64,000 nt of DNA from Tubiluchus corallicola (lineage: Eukaryota > Animalia > Priapulida). The DNA is taken from the NCBI GenBank assembly GCA_030141605.1, contig JAQGDQ010000398.1, positions 62,001-126,000 on the forward strand, read 5' to 3'. This document shows positions 1 through 13,006 of the stretch, one piece after another. Each line of letters begins with the position of its first letter. The stretch's first letter is position 1. The notes under the pieces were generated by a model. The model saw nothing but the letters and a program-made list of their open reading frames with translations, did no database searches and was not told the origin of the DNA. The position numbers and the translations under genes are program-made.

Positions 1-361
1 CACTAAGGTGAGGACACAGACAATAAACACACGTTTATTTCTCTTTCAATAACGTTTCTCCTTTTTGTGCATCTACAAATAAACCACATGCACTATTCAT
101 AGGGTTAGAGCATAATAGCCTAACAGCAATCTTAAAATATCTTTCAAAATGTCTAATAGAGGTGGCGCTGCATACGAAAATGGCGCCGGTTTATAAAATT
201 TAAGTTGGGAAATATTTTCGATTATATTACCGAAAAATTTGTAATATAACGTATTTTAAACCGATTTTTTGCCTGTAATCATCGATCGAGTGAATCCAAT
301 AGGCTATAGTGCCTAAAGCAAAGAAGAAATCTAAGCAATAGCTTCTGCAGAGAGCTTTCTA

Positions 362-1153
362 GTGGGTGCCACCACGCCCAAGTCTAAGTTGACGCCAACA
401 AAGACAGATGTGAGTTCTGATGATGACACAGATTCTGAACACGATGATGGCAATATCGGATCTTCTTTCCATGAAATTCGGGATAGTAACAACATAATGG
501 ACGAATTGGTGAAGCTGAGACGAGATTTTACCAAGCAGTTGAAAACCATCTCGACTGACCTGAGTTCCATCACGGAAAGTCAAAATTTTCTATCGAAGAA
601 GTACGATGAGCTAAATGACAAATACGCAGATATTGTCAAGCAGCTAAAAAAGAGTGAACAGACAAACGTTATCCTGAGAAAGGCTGCAAATGACCTCGAG
701 ACAAAACTAGTGGAAAAAGAATCTGAGATTGATGCTCTAGAACAGTATATGAGAAGAGATAATCTACTAATAGCTGGAATACCAGTCTTACCAGATGAAA
801 ACACCACAGAATTGGTTATCCATAGCATTACACATAGGATTCCAACCCAAAAAGGAACTCCCCCTATTATTGTCAAGTTCACGAGACATATCACAAGAGA
901 CTTGGTGTACAAGGGGAGAACAAATACCCCCACACTAAAGGATCTAGGATACAATGGAAACGGCAAAGTTTATGTCAATGAACACTTAACAAAGAACAGG
1001 AAAATATTATTCAACAAATGCCTAGAAGCGAAACGAAATAATAATTTCAAGTTCTTATGGACAAACCAAGGACAAATTTACATAAGAAAAGCGGAAAACA
1101 CAAAAGCTGTGAGAGTGAATTCTGAAAGGATTATATTGATGTGTAATCAGTGA
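362..1153 (+). pseudogene. LINE ORF1p (coiled coil + L1-like RRM/CTD)
   Basis: Coiled coil, then LEQYMRRDNLLIAGIP, HRIP..PPIIVKF, VYVNEHLT and FKFLWTNQGQIYIRK, all typical of L1-transposase-like ORF1p. The RRM appears to have a short internal deletion (ELVIHSITHR). Confidence 0.85.
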
Positions 1154-1298
1154 TAACCTAGCCAAGAAAATTTCTGTAATATCATAATATAGGTACGTGT
1201 TCTTATAAATCTATTATATTTTTGTATTATAGCTTTGACTATTGTATTTTTTATTTATCTCCTTAATTGCTCAACTTCATACTCAAATATTGCTATTA

Positions 1299-3842
1299 AT
1301 GATCCGTTTTCCTTGTTCTGTCTGCACTAAACAATGTAAATCAAACCAGTATTGTATACTGTATAATTGCTGCAATCTTTGGTCACATTATAAGTGTTCT
1401 TGTTTGACTATGGAACAATTTTTACAACTAGGTTCTAGCAATGACCCCTATTACTGTATTTCATGTATAAAGTCTATTTTCCCTTTCCAGAGCTGTGAAG
1501 ATGACGAAATTGATGATTTGTTTTCTGTGACTTCTCCTTTAACTAACTCTCTGTCACTGTCTTGTCTGTCTGAGTGCTCTTCGCTATCAACTAACAGGTG
1601 GGATCCAAATGACCCAGATAATTATGGGAACAACTACGATAGTAAGTATGTTAATCTAAATACTCTCAAATCAACTTCTAATTATAACAAAAATACTTCT
1701 GATTTACTAATAGTTCACTTTAATGTAAGTAGCTTGCAAAAACATTTTGGTAACATGACTGACATCCTCAGTACTTTCCCTCAACCGCCCGAAATCATCG
1801 TCGTCTCTGAGACTAGGTTGAAAGATAATTCATCATTTATGTGCAACTTGAAAAACTACGTTTTTCTGAGTATTAACTCAAAATCCAATGCTGGTGGTAT
1901 CGGTGTCTATATTAGAGATAATTTAAACTACTTTATAAATAATTCATATAAAATAGTGACGGAAAAAGAAACAACCAAAATAAACAGGGAGGGCAAAGTA
2001 TTAACTGAAATCTCAAAAATTAATTTAGAAGATCTCTGGATCCACGTATCAACATTAAACAATTCAAAGAGTATATTATTTGGCCTTATATATAGACATC
2101 CAAATACACCTGTTACACATTTTATAGAGGAAATGGACCGTGTATTAACTGCTATTCATCAATCTGGTAGTATTGCTTACATATGTGATGACATTAATTT
2201 AAATTTATTACAGTTCGAGAGCATACCATATATTTCCACTTACTTAAATGTATTATTTTCTACTCAATTTGTTCCTCTAATTACAAGGCCAACAAGAATA
2301 TCAAAAAACTCTAGTACCCTAATAAACCATATCTATACTAATGATCTAATTAATCCTATTGTATCGGGTATAATAACTTATGAAGTGGCGGACCACTTGC
2401 CTATTTTCGCAATTGTCAAAAATGCTAATCTGACTAAACAGAAAACTAAAATTACAATTAGAGATAAAACTAACTTTAATTCCTCTGCCTATTTAAATGA
2501 ACTGCACGCACAAATTAATTCTATTGATTATTCTTACTTATCTACTAATGAGGCCTTTAATCAGTTTTTTCAAACATTCATTCTAGTTCTCAATGCACAT
2601 GTGCCTCCAAAAACTTTATCAAGACGTGAAGTGGTAACTTTTCACAAGCCATGGATAACACCAGGCATACTGAAATCTATTAAAACTAGAAGCCAACTGT
2701 TTAATACATTTAAAAACTCTAACAATGTTTATAATAGAAATAAATACAAAGTTTATTTGAACAAACTCAACCATATAAAATATTTAGCAAAAAAGGTACT
2801 ATCAAGAAACCTTGCAAAATAACAAAAATAACACAAAGAAACATAAATAATTTAATAAATGCTAAATTGCAACAATGCATAACACCAAAAAAGGTATACA
2901 AAGATGGCATTCTCTCAAGTGATGTAACTGATATCTGTCAAGTCATGAACACTTTTTGCTTCCGTTGGTCCTTGTATAGCATCTAAAATACAACCCACAC
3001 AACTGTCATTTCAGTCTTTTCTAGGACGTCCTTTGCCAAACTCATTTTTCTTAACACCCATTATTGAAGCTGAAGTAAATACAGCAATAAATAATTTAAA
3101 TCAGAATAAAGCCTCCGGTCATGAAAATATCCCTATATCTTTTTACAAATCAGCTGGTCTCCACATTTCCCCTGTTCTAACCAAATTGTTTAACAAGGCT
3201 ATTACTGAAGGTACATTCCCAAACTATTTAAAGATTGCTAAAATTATTCCTATTTATAAAGGTGACTCTCCTGATAACCCCACTAACTATAGGCCAATAT
3301 CTTTACCTTCACCTATCTCCAAAATTTTTGAAAAATTGCTTTATGACAGACTAATTAAATTTATAAACGACAACAAAATTCTCTCTAGATTTCAGTTTGG
3401 ATTTCGCAAAAGATACTGCACAGCCTTAGCTATTGCTGAACTTATAGACAATCTGTTACTAAATATGGATCACGATAAGTACACCTGTGCCATATTTCTA
3501 GATTTGTCTAAGACCTTTGATACGGTACAACATGATATTTTACTAGCCAAACTTGAACACTATGGTATCAGAGGCCTGCCTCTTCAATTGATGCAGTCAT
3601 ATTTACACAATAGAAAACAATATACATCTATCACGAATAAAAACTCAGATCTGGTAAATGTGCAGTGTGCTGTTCCTCAAGGCTCAACTCTTGGTCCTCT
3701 TTTTTTCTTACTCTACATAAATGATCTCCCTTCAAATACCCAATTACATACTAGACTTTTTGCTGATGATACTAACTTTTTCAGTTCTGATACTAACATA
3801 AGTCACCTAGAAGAATTTCTTAATGTTGAACTAGCAAAGGTA
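1299..3842 (+). pseudogene. LINE ORF2p: PHD finger + apurinic-like endonuclease + reverse transcriptase (disrupted)
   Basis: PHD: CSVC..CCNLWSHYKC..YYCISC. APE: HFNVSSL, VSETRL, GGIGVYI, IYRHPN, PTRI, ADHLPIF. RT: NYRPISL, QFGFRK, FLDLSKTFDTV, VPQGSTLGPLFFLLYINDL, LFADDT. Confidence 0.92.
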
Positions 3843-4614
3843 GTTCATGGGAGTAGCAATGAGCTTATACCTGTCGGGTACCCGATTGTTAAGATTCAGT
3901 GACATTGAAGAAACCGAAATCATTTTTATTCACAAATAAAAACAACCAAGGGCGCGTTTCAACTAAACACAGTGTTTATCGTAGCAACAAACATTGTTAT
4001 TACGTGATGAGAGCCTGAGTTTGATATTTCGTGCCCTGCTAACACTAGTTTATGACCCCGAGGGATTCGTACCAGTAGCACTATTCCGGAGACCGTAGGC
4101 CAATGTTTAGTTTCTGTAAAGATAATCAAAATGCAATTGTGACCACTAGCCTCCAGCAATAACCCATTTTGTACAAATTTAAGTTATGAAAGCAGATTAA
4201 TCCAATTGACTAATAAGTTATATACCACATAAAAACAAATGCTAGATATAATGGGCTTTTATATTCTAGCATCAAACTACCTAGAAAACGTTCAAACAAT
4301 ACTAAACATCTAATTTTTTAACCCCTTTCTGGATAGAGAGTACTGCAATTGTAAAAAACTTTCAAACTCTGATTGTAGCTCATGGAAGCAGTCATTTTGC
4401 TTTGGGTTTTTTCTGCTGGCAAGCCCAGATCTTTGTCAGGAAGAGCCATCTGAATTTAAACATAACAGCAATGTGTTCTTGCAAGGTCCGTAGCAACCAC
4501 ACTTTCGTATGGTTGGTGTTTTGTAGAAACGCGACAAAAAACAATGGCTAACTTTAATAACGATTTTCTCAAGATTGTCTTTCAGTGCGTAGCTTGCACC
4601 TCAACTTTGGTATG

Positions 4615-5125
4615 ATGATAAATGGTATAGTGAAATTGAAAAAATAGCAAACACTTACGGAAAAAATATTGACAAAGAATATGTGAAAAATCAAAAGAAA
4701 TCAGAGTGAAAAAAATGTGTAAAATTTAAAATAACATCTGTGATACAAGACAAATGCAGTGAAAATATAAATAAGAGCTCAAAATTAAGATTTCTGGAAA
4801 GCAACAAATGGGAACAGAAGGATTAGTTTACAAAATTCAGTCATGCAGAAGTTAAAAATATTTTGGATATAAGACTTAACATGGTCAAAGTAAAAGCAAA
4901 TTTTAAGGGTTCATTTATAAGAAATTTGATATGTCCCATGTGCAATAGTACATTAGACACAACAGAACATTTATTTAGTTGTAGCAAATAAAAAAGGATT
5001 AGAGAAATTCTCAACAGATATGTAGCAACATCCAAATATGTGAGTGATTGTTTGTTTTATAGGAAAAGCATTTTGAAGTTGGTGAAGTAAATTTTGAAGA
5101 ATAAAGGTGCTACAGTGTTGAAGAA
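4615..5125 (+). mobile_element. Non-LTR retrotransposon 3' relic (C-terminal CCHC zinc knuckle)
   Basis: Hand translation of ~4866-4991 gives DIRLNMVKVKANFKGSFIRNLICPMCNSTLDTTEHLFSCSK*, a CxxC..EH..C motif typical of LINE ORF2 C-termini. The upstream frame (WYSEIEKIA..) contains stops. Confidence 0.65.
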
Positions 5126-7356
5126 CCCCTGCAATCGATTTCGTCGTTTGCCCATACAAGTGGAGAGGGGTGAGAGAAACCACTGAACTTCTAAGTGGAT
5201 TATCTCAGCTTAGAAATAACATAGAGCGATGAACTTGGTATCAAAATGATGTTAATGAAATGGAGATTCAGGATATGCAAATAACTTGAAAAGCTTATTG
5301 ATGACTTATATACGCTTTTGCTTTACAAGTACACATTTAATGTTCTCTGATCTGCCGCCACAGGCCAAGTACCTACGCTGTTTAAGTCAAGTGGAGTATA
5401 TATAATAAATTTTTCTTCAGAACATCCAAATGATAACGTGATTAGCAACTGTGCAATCCGCACATTAACTTTCTTACCATTTATGCGCTACTTCGCAATT
5501 TATACGCGTGTGTAGTCCTTGAAAGCCCTGTTGCACCGTAGCGCAGCAGCTTGGAAGTGCACAGCTCATAATCCACCATGTGCACTTCATCGCAAGGCGA
5601 CATCTTATTGCATTTTTAATTTTCTGTTTTTACTTTTTAAGCGCAATATCAAGTTGCGCTTGTAAACAATTACTATGCTTATAATATAACAAACAATTGT
5701 TAAAGTTAATATAGCATTAGTGTATTATGCTGCTATTAATTATAGTGACATTATGTGCACAACACAATTTACACCACAATCTATAAAGCATTCTTCAAGA
5801 ATATTTTAATACAGTCTCAAAACTAAACATATTAACTCTCCCCACAGAGGCGATTAAAATGGTGATGGGGGTCATGGTCATGGGTACTATGATGATTGTT
5901 TAAACTTTTTTCAGTCTTTATCATTATGTTAAATTTTTAGTTATTTATTACAGCCATTAATTTTTGAGTAGCCGTTAAGTGATCACGTGACAAACCTGTC
6001 GATTAGATCGATATAGTGTAATGAATAACGCAAGTCCTTTCCGTCTGGAATGGCGGGGCTTTCGTATCAGGGGCGGATGTCACATTGCACCGTCTCGCAC
6101 TTGTTGCTTTCCAGTTGGCTTTTGTTCCAGCCTCTATAGGTTTACTTTTTTTATAGCTTAGGATGTTTGAGGACTGAACCAGTTAGTGAAATTTTTAATA
6201 CCTTTCGCTTGTTTGCTATATTTGTAATACACTCAGTTTATTGTATTATTTGTTATGACAGCTTAGAAATACAAACTTACTTATCTATGTTTTACGTAAT
6301 TTGTTTTGCTATTCTGTTGTGTTTTGTTTCTCTCGGACGGCTCGTAGAGAAAACCAGAAAGCACGTCGTCAAATTAAACTAGTTTATTATGCAAGAATTC
6401 TACAACACAAAAGTATGAAGGAACGCGAAATGTGTACAGACAAGTGATAATCTGGAAACATGTAAACGAGAGTGGGGGCATCTGAGAATATGAGAATGCA
6501 CTCCAGCGGCCAGCTCCGTCTTATATATCAGTGCAAATGAACTAAACCAGAACAATCTAGAAGCTATTACGCGCATCGCATATAGAAAGTTCTCGAATCT
6601 TCTACAAGGTAAGAAGATTGTTCTACTATACTGTAGACTATTCCAGCTCTCCACAACATATTCATTAATTGAAATGAGGTAATGTTTCAAACAATTTTTA
6701 ACAATTTCTGTGCAATTTTAGTAGCTTTAATTTTCACATATACCTATTAACCTTTTCGTCAGTTTATTTTGTCAGTACTGCAGCAGTTCTTATACGCAAA
6801 CAAAACTAAGGTATAACTGACTTTATGCGTCGTCTATATCGTAAGTACATCACCAGTAACTGTTTGATCTTTTCTTCAGACATTCGCCTTACTTGAGCAC
6901 ATACACAATAACAATGATAACGGTCCATGATGGTGATGATAATGACATTGATTATGATGGTGAGATTGGTGACGGCGATTTTGACGATAATGCTTATGAC
7001 GATGACAAGACTGATGTCGCCATTACCTCTTAACGAGAAAGCCCAAGTTTCTGGGAATTCAGGTTTATTTCAATGTTCGCGAAAAATGTTATAAGGATTT
7101 AATAGTGTCATAACCGACTCGTATAATAATTAGTAAAACACTTTAATGTGCCGATCAGATTATGGATGAGCGCTTCCATTTCAAACGCCCACCTTCCATC
7201 AACGACATCGTTCACCGACTGAAGAAAAGCAATACACTCTCAATTCCAAGTCGAAAGTATAACAAGTTTTGACAAAAAGTAGACAGCTAGTTTTGTGATA
7301 TTTTTGCATGAACATTAAGCAATCTGCAGGTCTGAATTAGTTTAAGCAACACGAGA

Positions 7357-8502
7357 TTACCCCTAATCCTACCGACAGGGGTCTAATTGGACCACACGTA
7401 GTTGTTTTTACGCATAAAAGAAAAATTGAGCAATGTAGAATTGTGGCTTAAAAGCCAAGAAAAGGCGCACCTGAAGTTGGTTTCAGAAAAATCGCCTTAA
7501 AAAATTATTCTACATTACTGCAATTTTATGCGTATGTCGCACTCCCATTGAAAGGACGTTTTGTTAATTTTCATTCTAAATCTCCTGCAAAGCTGTTCCG
7601 ACGGCGCCATTACATTATTTTGACGTCACTACGTCACGTAAATCAGGGTAAGAAAAGGCAATGTTAAGTTATGACCCAAAAAACTTTCTGTACAAATCTA
7701 TATTACCTAGCATTTCACTTACCTGCTAGAAAGACTTATGTAACTAGACTAATAATTTAAAATCTTTGTGCCAACAAAAGCTTGATAAACTGTAGCTGAT
7801 TCACCCTCTAGGGTGCGCCACTTACTAGCCAAAAACGTATTTTAATCTTATTGACAAGATACAGTAATTTAAAAGTTTACTTAATTAGCAACGTGTTAGC
7901 TACGAATGCTCTGATTATTTTTTCAAACTTTACTTAATGTTATCAAAACTTGTTTCAAACGACCTACAATCAAAATGTGTGCGCCTAACGGTCATCGCGG
8001 GAGTTTAAATTTACACGTTTTATACAGCGTTACTGCCGATGCAAAGCCATGCGTGCGAAAAGGTAGTATGTAAGTGGTATAAAATTTCGAGAATAATTTT
8101 TAAACTTTATGTAAGTAGAACGTTTTCTTGTGCTTTAAATTAAGGAGTTTGTTACTCTATCCAAACGATTTATTGGCATAACAGTGCCTAGTTTTTTGCT
8201 GGATTACTGCTTTGTTTACCTGTCTTGTGGACAGATTTTTTTTATTTTAGAATTCCGCCTGCCCAACGTCTATAATAACAGAAATAATAGTCATTCAATG
8301 ATGATGACACTCATTCAATTTGTTTTTGATTTGCATTCACAATTTCAGTAGACATTCTCTCTACAGCATAGGATTTATAACCTGGATTTTTGATCATTTT
8401 TATAAAAGAAACACATCCCATGGACAGTAACGGTAATATTTCATTCGTCGGACCAATTTCAAATTGGTGTCTAATTGGACCCCAGTCGGCGTACGAGTGT
8501 TA
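7357..8502. mobile_element. Non-autonomous DNA transposon with imperfect TIRs, piggyBac-like
   Basis: Left end TTACCCCTAATCCTACCGACAGGGGTCTAATTGGACCAC matches the reverse complement of the right end, TAACACTCGTACGCCGACTGGGGTCCAATTAGACACC. Flanks look like degenerate TTAA. Confidence 0.55.
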
Positions 8503-10109
8503 GTAGGATGGGGGTTGCGAAAAGACATGATGGCTACCAGTTAGGTAATAATTTTCAAGTGAATGGCAGCTACCACCTCGCTCGAAAATTTCTGTGCAGC
8601 GGTAGTATAAGGTAACTTTATAGACAGTGTTTTTGCTAATATATTTGTTAAACATTTCTAAGTTTAAGTGATAAGCATAAAACAAACACTGCATGCAAAG
8701 TGACTTGTCTTTTCGTTTAAAATATGTCCAACTGTGTACTTTCGCTCTGTATATATTATGCAAGTCCACTCATTTACACTGCAATCATAACTTATTCAGT
8801 TTTCCTGAGTTGTAATTAGAGCAGTTGTCGTTACTGCTGCTTCTGCCGCCACCACCGAAATAAAAGAGCGAGATAGATCTTCTCAATTCATTTTTTCAGT
8901 TAAATCGCTCTCTATTTTGTTTCAGGGGTAAACGGTTATGCTCAAACTATTTGGAAATCTGTTGGGTTTCTGTGCCAAACAAAATTACCATTTCTCTGAC
9001 CTAACGCAGCGTAGCTAGCTAAATGATATTATCGTTCTTATGAATGTCACGATTTTGTCATTAATATTTTTAACACTTAGTTAACTTTGGACATTGCATT
9101 TCTGCATGGCTTAAAATGTTAAGATTAAAGTTAAAACTGCACTGCATGGTATTTATTCACCGAACGGTCCGTTTCCACTGGACGCGCGCCATTCTTATTT
9201 TTTTATCTAGAAAAAAATCACGCGGGATCCTCCCAGTTTCTTTTACTAATTATCTAGTTTCTTTTACCTTATAACAGGACATGGCCTATTCTGGTTTCGT
9301 TTCACTCCTAGAATATTCAATATAATTTTGTAAAATAATTCAGCAAATATTTTATATTAGGTTTGTTTTGCCAATTTTAAGAACGTTATGATGATTTCAG
9401 TCAGGAACTTTTAATGAAATAAAAAACAAAGCATTTGTGATGAATATTATCCTGGGATGTAAACTGGGTTCAAGAAAAAATGGTAGTAAACTGGGATGTA
9501 ATTATTTTCGCCATCGTATTCCATATTCGTAGTGTAAATGGGTATCTCTTTTACAAGTGGTCTCTAAGTCTCAGAAATGTAAAGTAGATTCAGAAAACCA
9601 GGATGTTTTAAGGTTACATAGTTACATAGCGCCCCTGCTTTGACTTTAGTGCAAAAAGTTGATAACAATTTAATGCTTTAAGCTAGTTGGCTGCATTGTA
9701 GACCATTGACTCACAAAAGACTCGTTGATTAATTTTGTTTGTCCTGCGGCTGTTCAGCTTGTAAATAGTGTCTATTTGGCGCAAAAAGGTAAATAAACAA
9801 CATCTATAAATTATAGTAATGAAATTACAAGTATCCGTCACTTTCGGTTTCACCTACATTGTTGTAAACTACAGTAGAATATTGATGAGTTAACTACTTA
9901 AAATCTATTTTTATTGTGTCACAGGGCGTGCACTATTGCTCGCAAATACAAACTCTGAATTTTAAAAAGCTTCGCAGCCTAATTATTTCTGACCGTAACG
10001 CTAGTTTGTGAATTTAATTTTATACACCCGACCGCAGTGTCATCCAAAAACTTTAACCGTTCGCACTTTCTTCGCTTTTCGGTAATTATATAGTGTGGTA
10101 TCGGAAAAT

Positions 10110-12312
10110 ATGGAAGTGTATCGATTAATTATATTATTTGTGTTTATGGTAACTACTATAACGGTAAGTGTTCCTGGTTTACTAGAACCAAATCTAGATA
10201 TTGAAGGATTAAGAACTACTGAGATTTTCCTTGAAGCTCTGCATAACTCTAAGACCTGCTGAAGAGTGGAGCGTTACTTGTCAAGATAGTATGGAACTAT
10301 AGGTTTATTTATGGAGTTACACATTCATGATATAAACGATTATGTAATATCCATCTATAATAGCTATCATTACATCTTTAAACTAACGGAAGACATGTCC
10401 TATGTACAATAATTAATCTTATTTACGAAATGCAACTGACTACTACCGAATGCTATTTTATCGACACGACTGCCCTTTTTATTGAGCTAAGGTGGTTTTC
10501 TGGCTATGCGTTGATCGATAATTCCTTATTGAAAAAAGCAATAAATTTTACTGTGATGAGGGCTTTAAAAACTGTCCCTTTCGGTCAGTTTTACGATTAG
10601 GTCGTAACTCCTCCCAGGGCTTTCCACATTTGGTGACCTTTTAGATGTTGAGGGCTGGGGACACAAAATTCACAAGATCACGGATCAAAATGCTGCAAGT
10701 TGCGATTTCATTCCTTGTAGCGTATCAAATGAAAGGTTTCGATGAGACGAACTACAAGGTATAAGGCCCTTTTCACGTGAGGGCGCGCGGGAAAATTCCT
10801 CGAGGAAAAAGTCTTTGCGGCATTCCTCATGAAAATGGGACACATTGCTTTCTATGTGACATTTCACGCTGACGCCTCATAAGAAATTTTTCCGGGTGGA
10901 ATTGCTCATAAAGAATCCTGCCACCAGCTAGAAGCTATGCGTCCTCCTCACGAGGAAAACTGTCGTATTGTAGAAGCACTGCATGTTATATTTTCGTCAG
11001 GATTACTCGCGGAATTTGTACTAAAATTTAACAACTTAATTACTTCGTTCTTGTAACAAACAACAAATAACATATTTCAACATAAAATTATAAGACTTAA
11101 TCTCTCTTTTAACATACAGACGATTTTGTGTTTCATTAGTGCAGCAGCGATGGATATATTCACGAAAAAGAAAAATAACGCACATATATATTTATAATAT
11201 ATTATTTATTTTATATATGTATATTTTCGGCTTTTGAAGTGGCTAGTAGAAAACAAACAGGTCTGATATTACACTGACTAACATTATTAATCGTACTTTG
11301 TAAATGAGAAATGCGGCAACTATAACTAAACTCAGACATGATTATATAAAATATCAAATTGCAAAGTTAGACCGCCATTAATTAGAGAATGTACTAGCTT
11401 TGTCTCAAACACCAAGACGACAAGAATAAATTTAACAACTGTATTGTAACTCGCCAAGCAACGAGGTTGTAACTAGAAAGATGAGCGCAACCCAAAAACA
11501 AAGAAGTTGAAAACAAAAGGGCAACATTGCAAAAGGGATAAAGTTGATAATACTAACAACACGCACGTATACTGGCGGAGGGTCAAGGCACACTCTGAAG
11601 TTTAAATCTTTTTGTAATCTAATCCTGCAGCAAAGCTAATAACTCGTCGAAAGTGTCCGGGGTCTTTCTAGAGTAACTGTAAAATTTCTCTTGGTCGTCA
11701 TTCAAATGGCCACAAAAGGTTGCAACAACATCACGGTGTAGTCTTGTTTAGTTGATTGAGTGAACTCAATAACGACGGTAGTCTACACTATCGTAGTAAT
11801 AGTAAGTACTTACTAAAGACATTACATCATCCTCGCTATCCATGATTGCGAGTAATAGCTACAAGCCTCCAACACGCAAAGCAGGTGCAGCTAGATGAAC
11901 GCGTGTAAAAAAACCCGCACGTTTTCAGTGCGAAATGAACTTTTTTGCTGCATGGGATTTCCAAAAAAATATCAGAAATTTTCAAAAAATATTTCTTGGG
12001 TCCTCACAGTGAAATGAGTCTAAAACGGCAAAAAAATTGGTTGACCTTTGACCCATGGGTTCGTGCTGTAATTTTACAAATTGCGATTTCACTGTGAAAT
12101 GTGAAATCAATTAACACGAATTCAGTGAAATCGAAATTATTATTTTGTGACAAAAATCTGGTGTCTTTTCAAGTCCAAATTCTGTAACAGTTGTTTGCAA
12201 CATCATCAGTTTCTGACCATTGTAAGAAACATTGTCAACTAGTTTATTCATATTTTTCTTCCAAAATTATAGAGAGTGTAATTAGAGTCCACACGAACAC
12301 ACACACACACAT

Positions 12313-12399
<87 letters not shown>

Positions 12400-12962
12400 T
12401 ATATATATATATCAGTATAGAGTGTAATTGGTCCATAATCCTTAATGAAAAAAAGTTTAGTCCATTTTTATTTGGATTATACAAATAATTAATATTTATA
12501 TGTAAAAAACTTTTCAAAGCATTTCAATAAGCATTAGACAATATTAACTGCTTTTCAATTTTTGATATATTTATTAACGTGATTATTCAGTCCATCCAGT
12601 AGTGCCACCTATAATCGACGATTTTGGTGAAAGTAAGCAATCTATTTCAAGAAATAATTGCTGGCTGATTTGAGACAGCAAAGATAGACTTACTTCTTGC
12701 CTTGTTTCTTGCAAATTACATCGCTGTGTCGTTGTCTTGCAAATTGTGGCATTGTCTTGCAAATTACAATTTATAGCGCGAGTTTCGCTGAGCCACATCG
12801 TGTAACTTTTAAGCAATCGTTTTGAAACACACGCATTTGCCCTGATTTTTCAAATTTTCGTCTTAAACGTGTTTGCCGTTGTCGGCTGTTATGTATATTT
12901 TGATAAGCAGTTGTGTGACGTATAACATATTGTGCACGTATAAATATTGTAATGTATATATG

Positions 12963-13006
<44 letters not shown>

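Larger units (their letters stand above)
155..3842 (+). mobile_element. Non-LTR retrotransposon (CR1/L2 group) with 5' UTR, ORF1 and ORF2; decayed and 3'-truncated
   Basis: ORF1 (362-1153) is followed by PHD-APE-RT ORF2 pieces (1299-2822, 3033-3842). Frameshifts and stops lie at ~2810-3030. RT homology stops shortly after the FADDT motif. The 5' boundary is approximate. Confidence 0.92.

Noticed and set aside
580-966. 128-aa antisense ORF (likewise 48327-48533, 49202-49441, 52232-52678)
   Set aside because: Shadow ORFs opposite real coding sequence, with no recognisable motifs.
6515-6615. TATA-like TTATATAT plus a donor-like AAG|gtaaga as a possible first exon
   Set aside because: No coding frame or partner acceptor could be tied to it; unsupported without transcripts.
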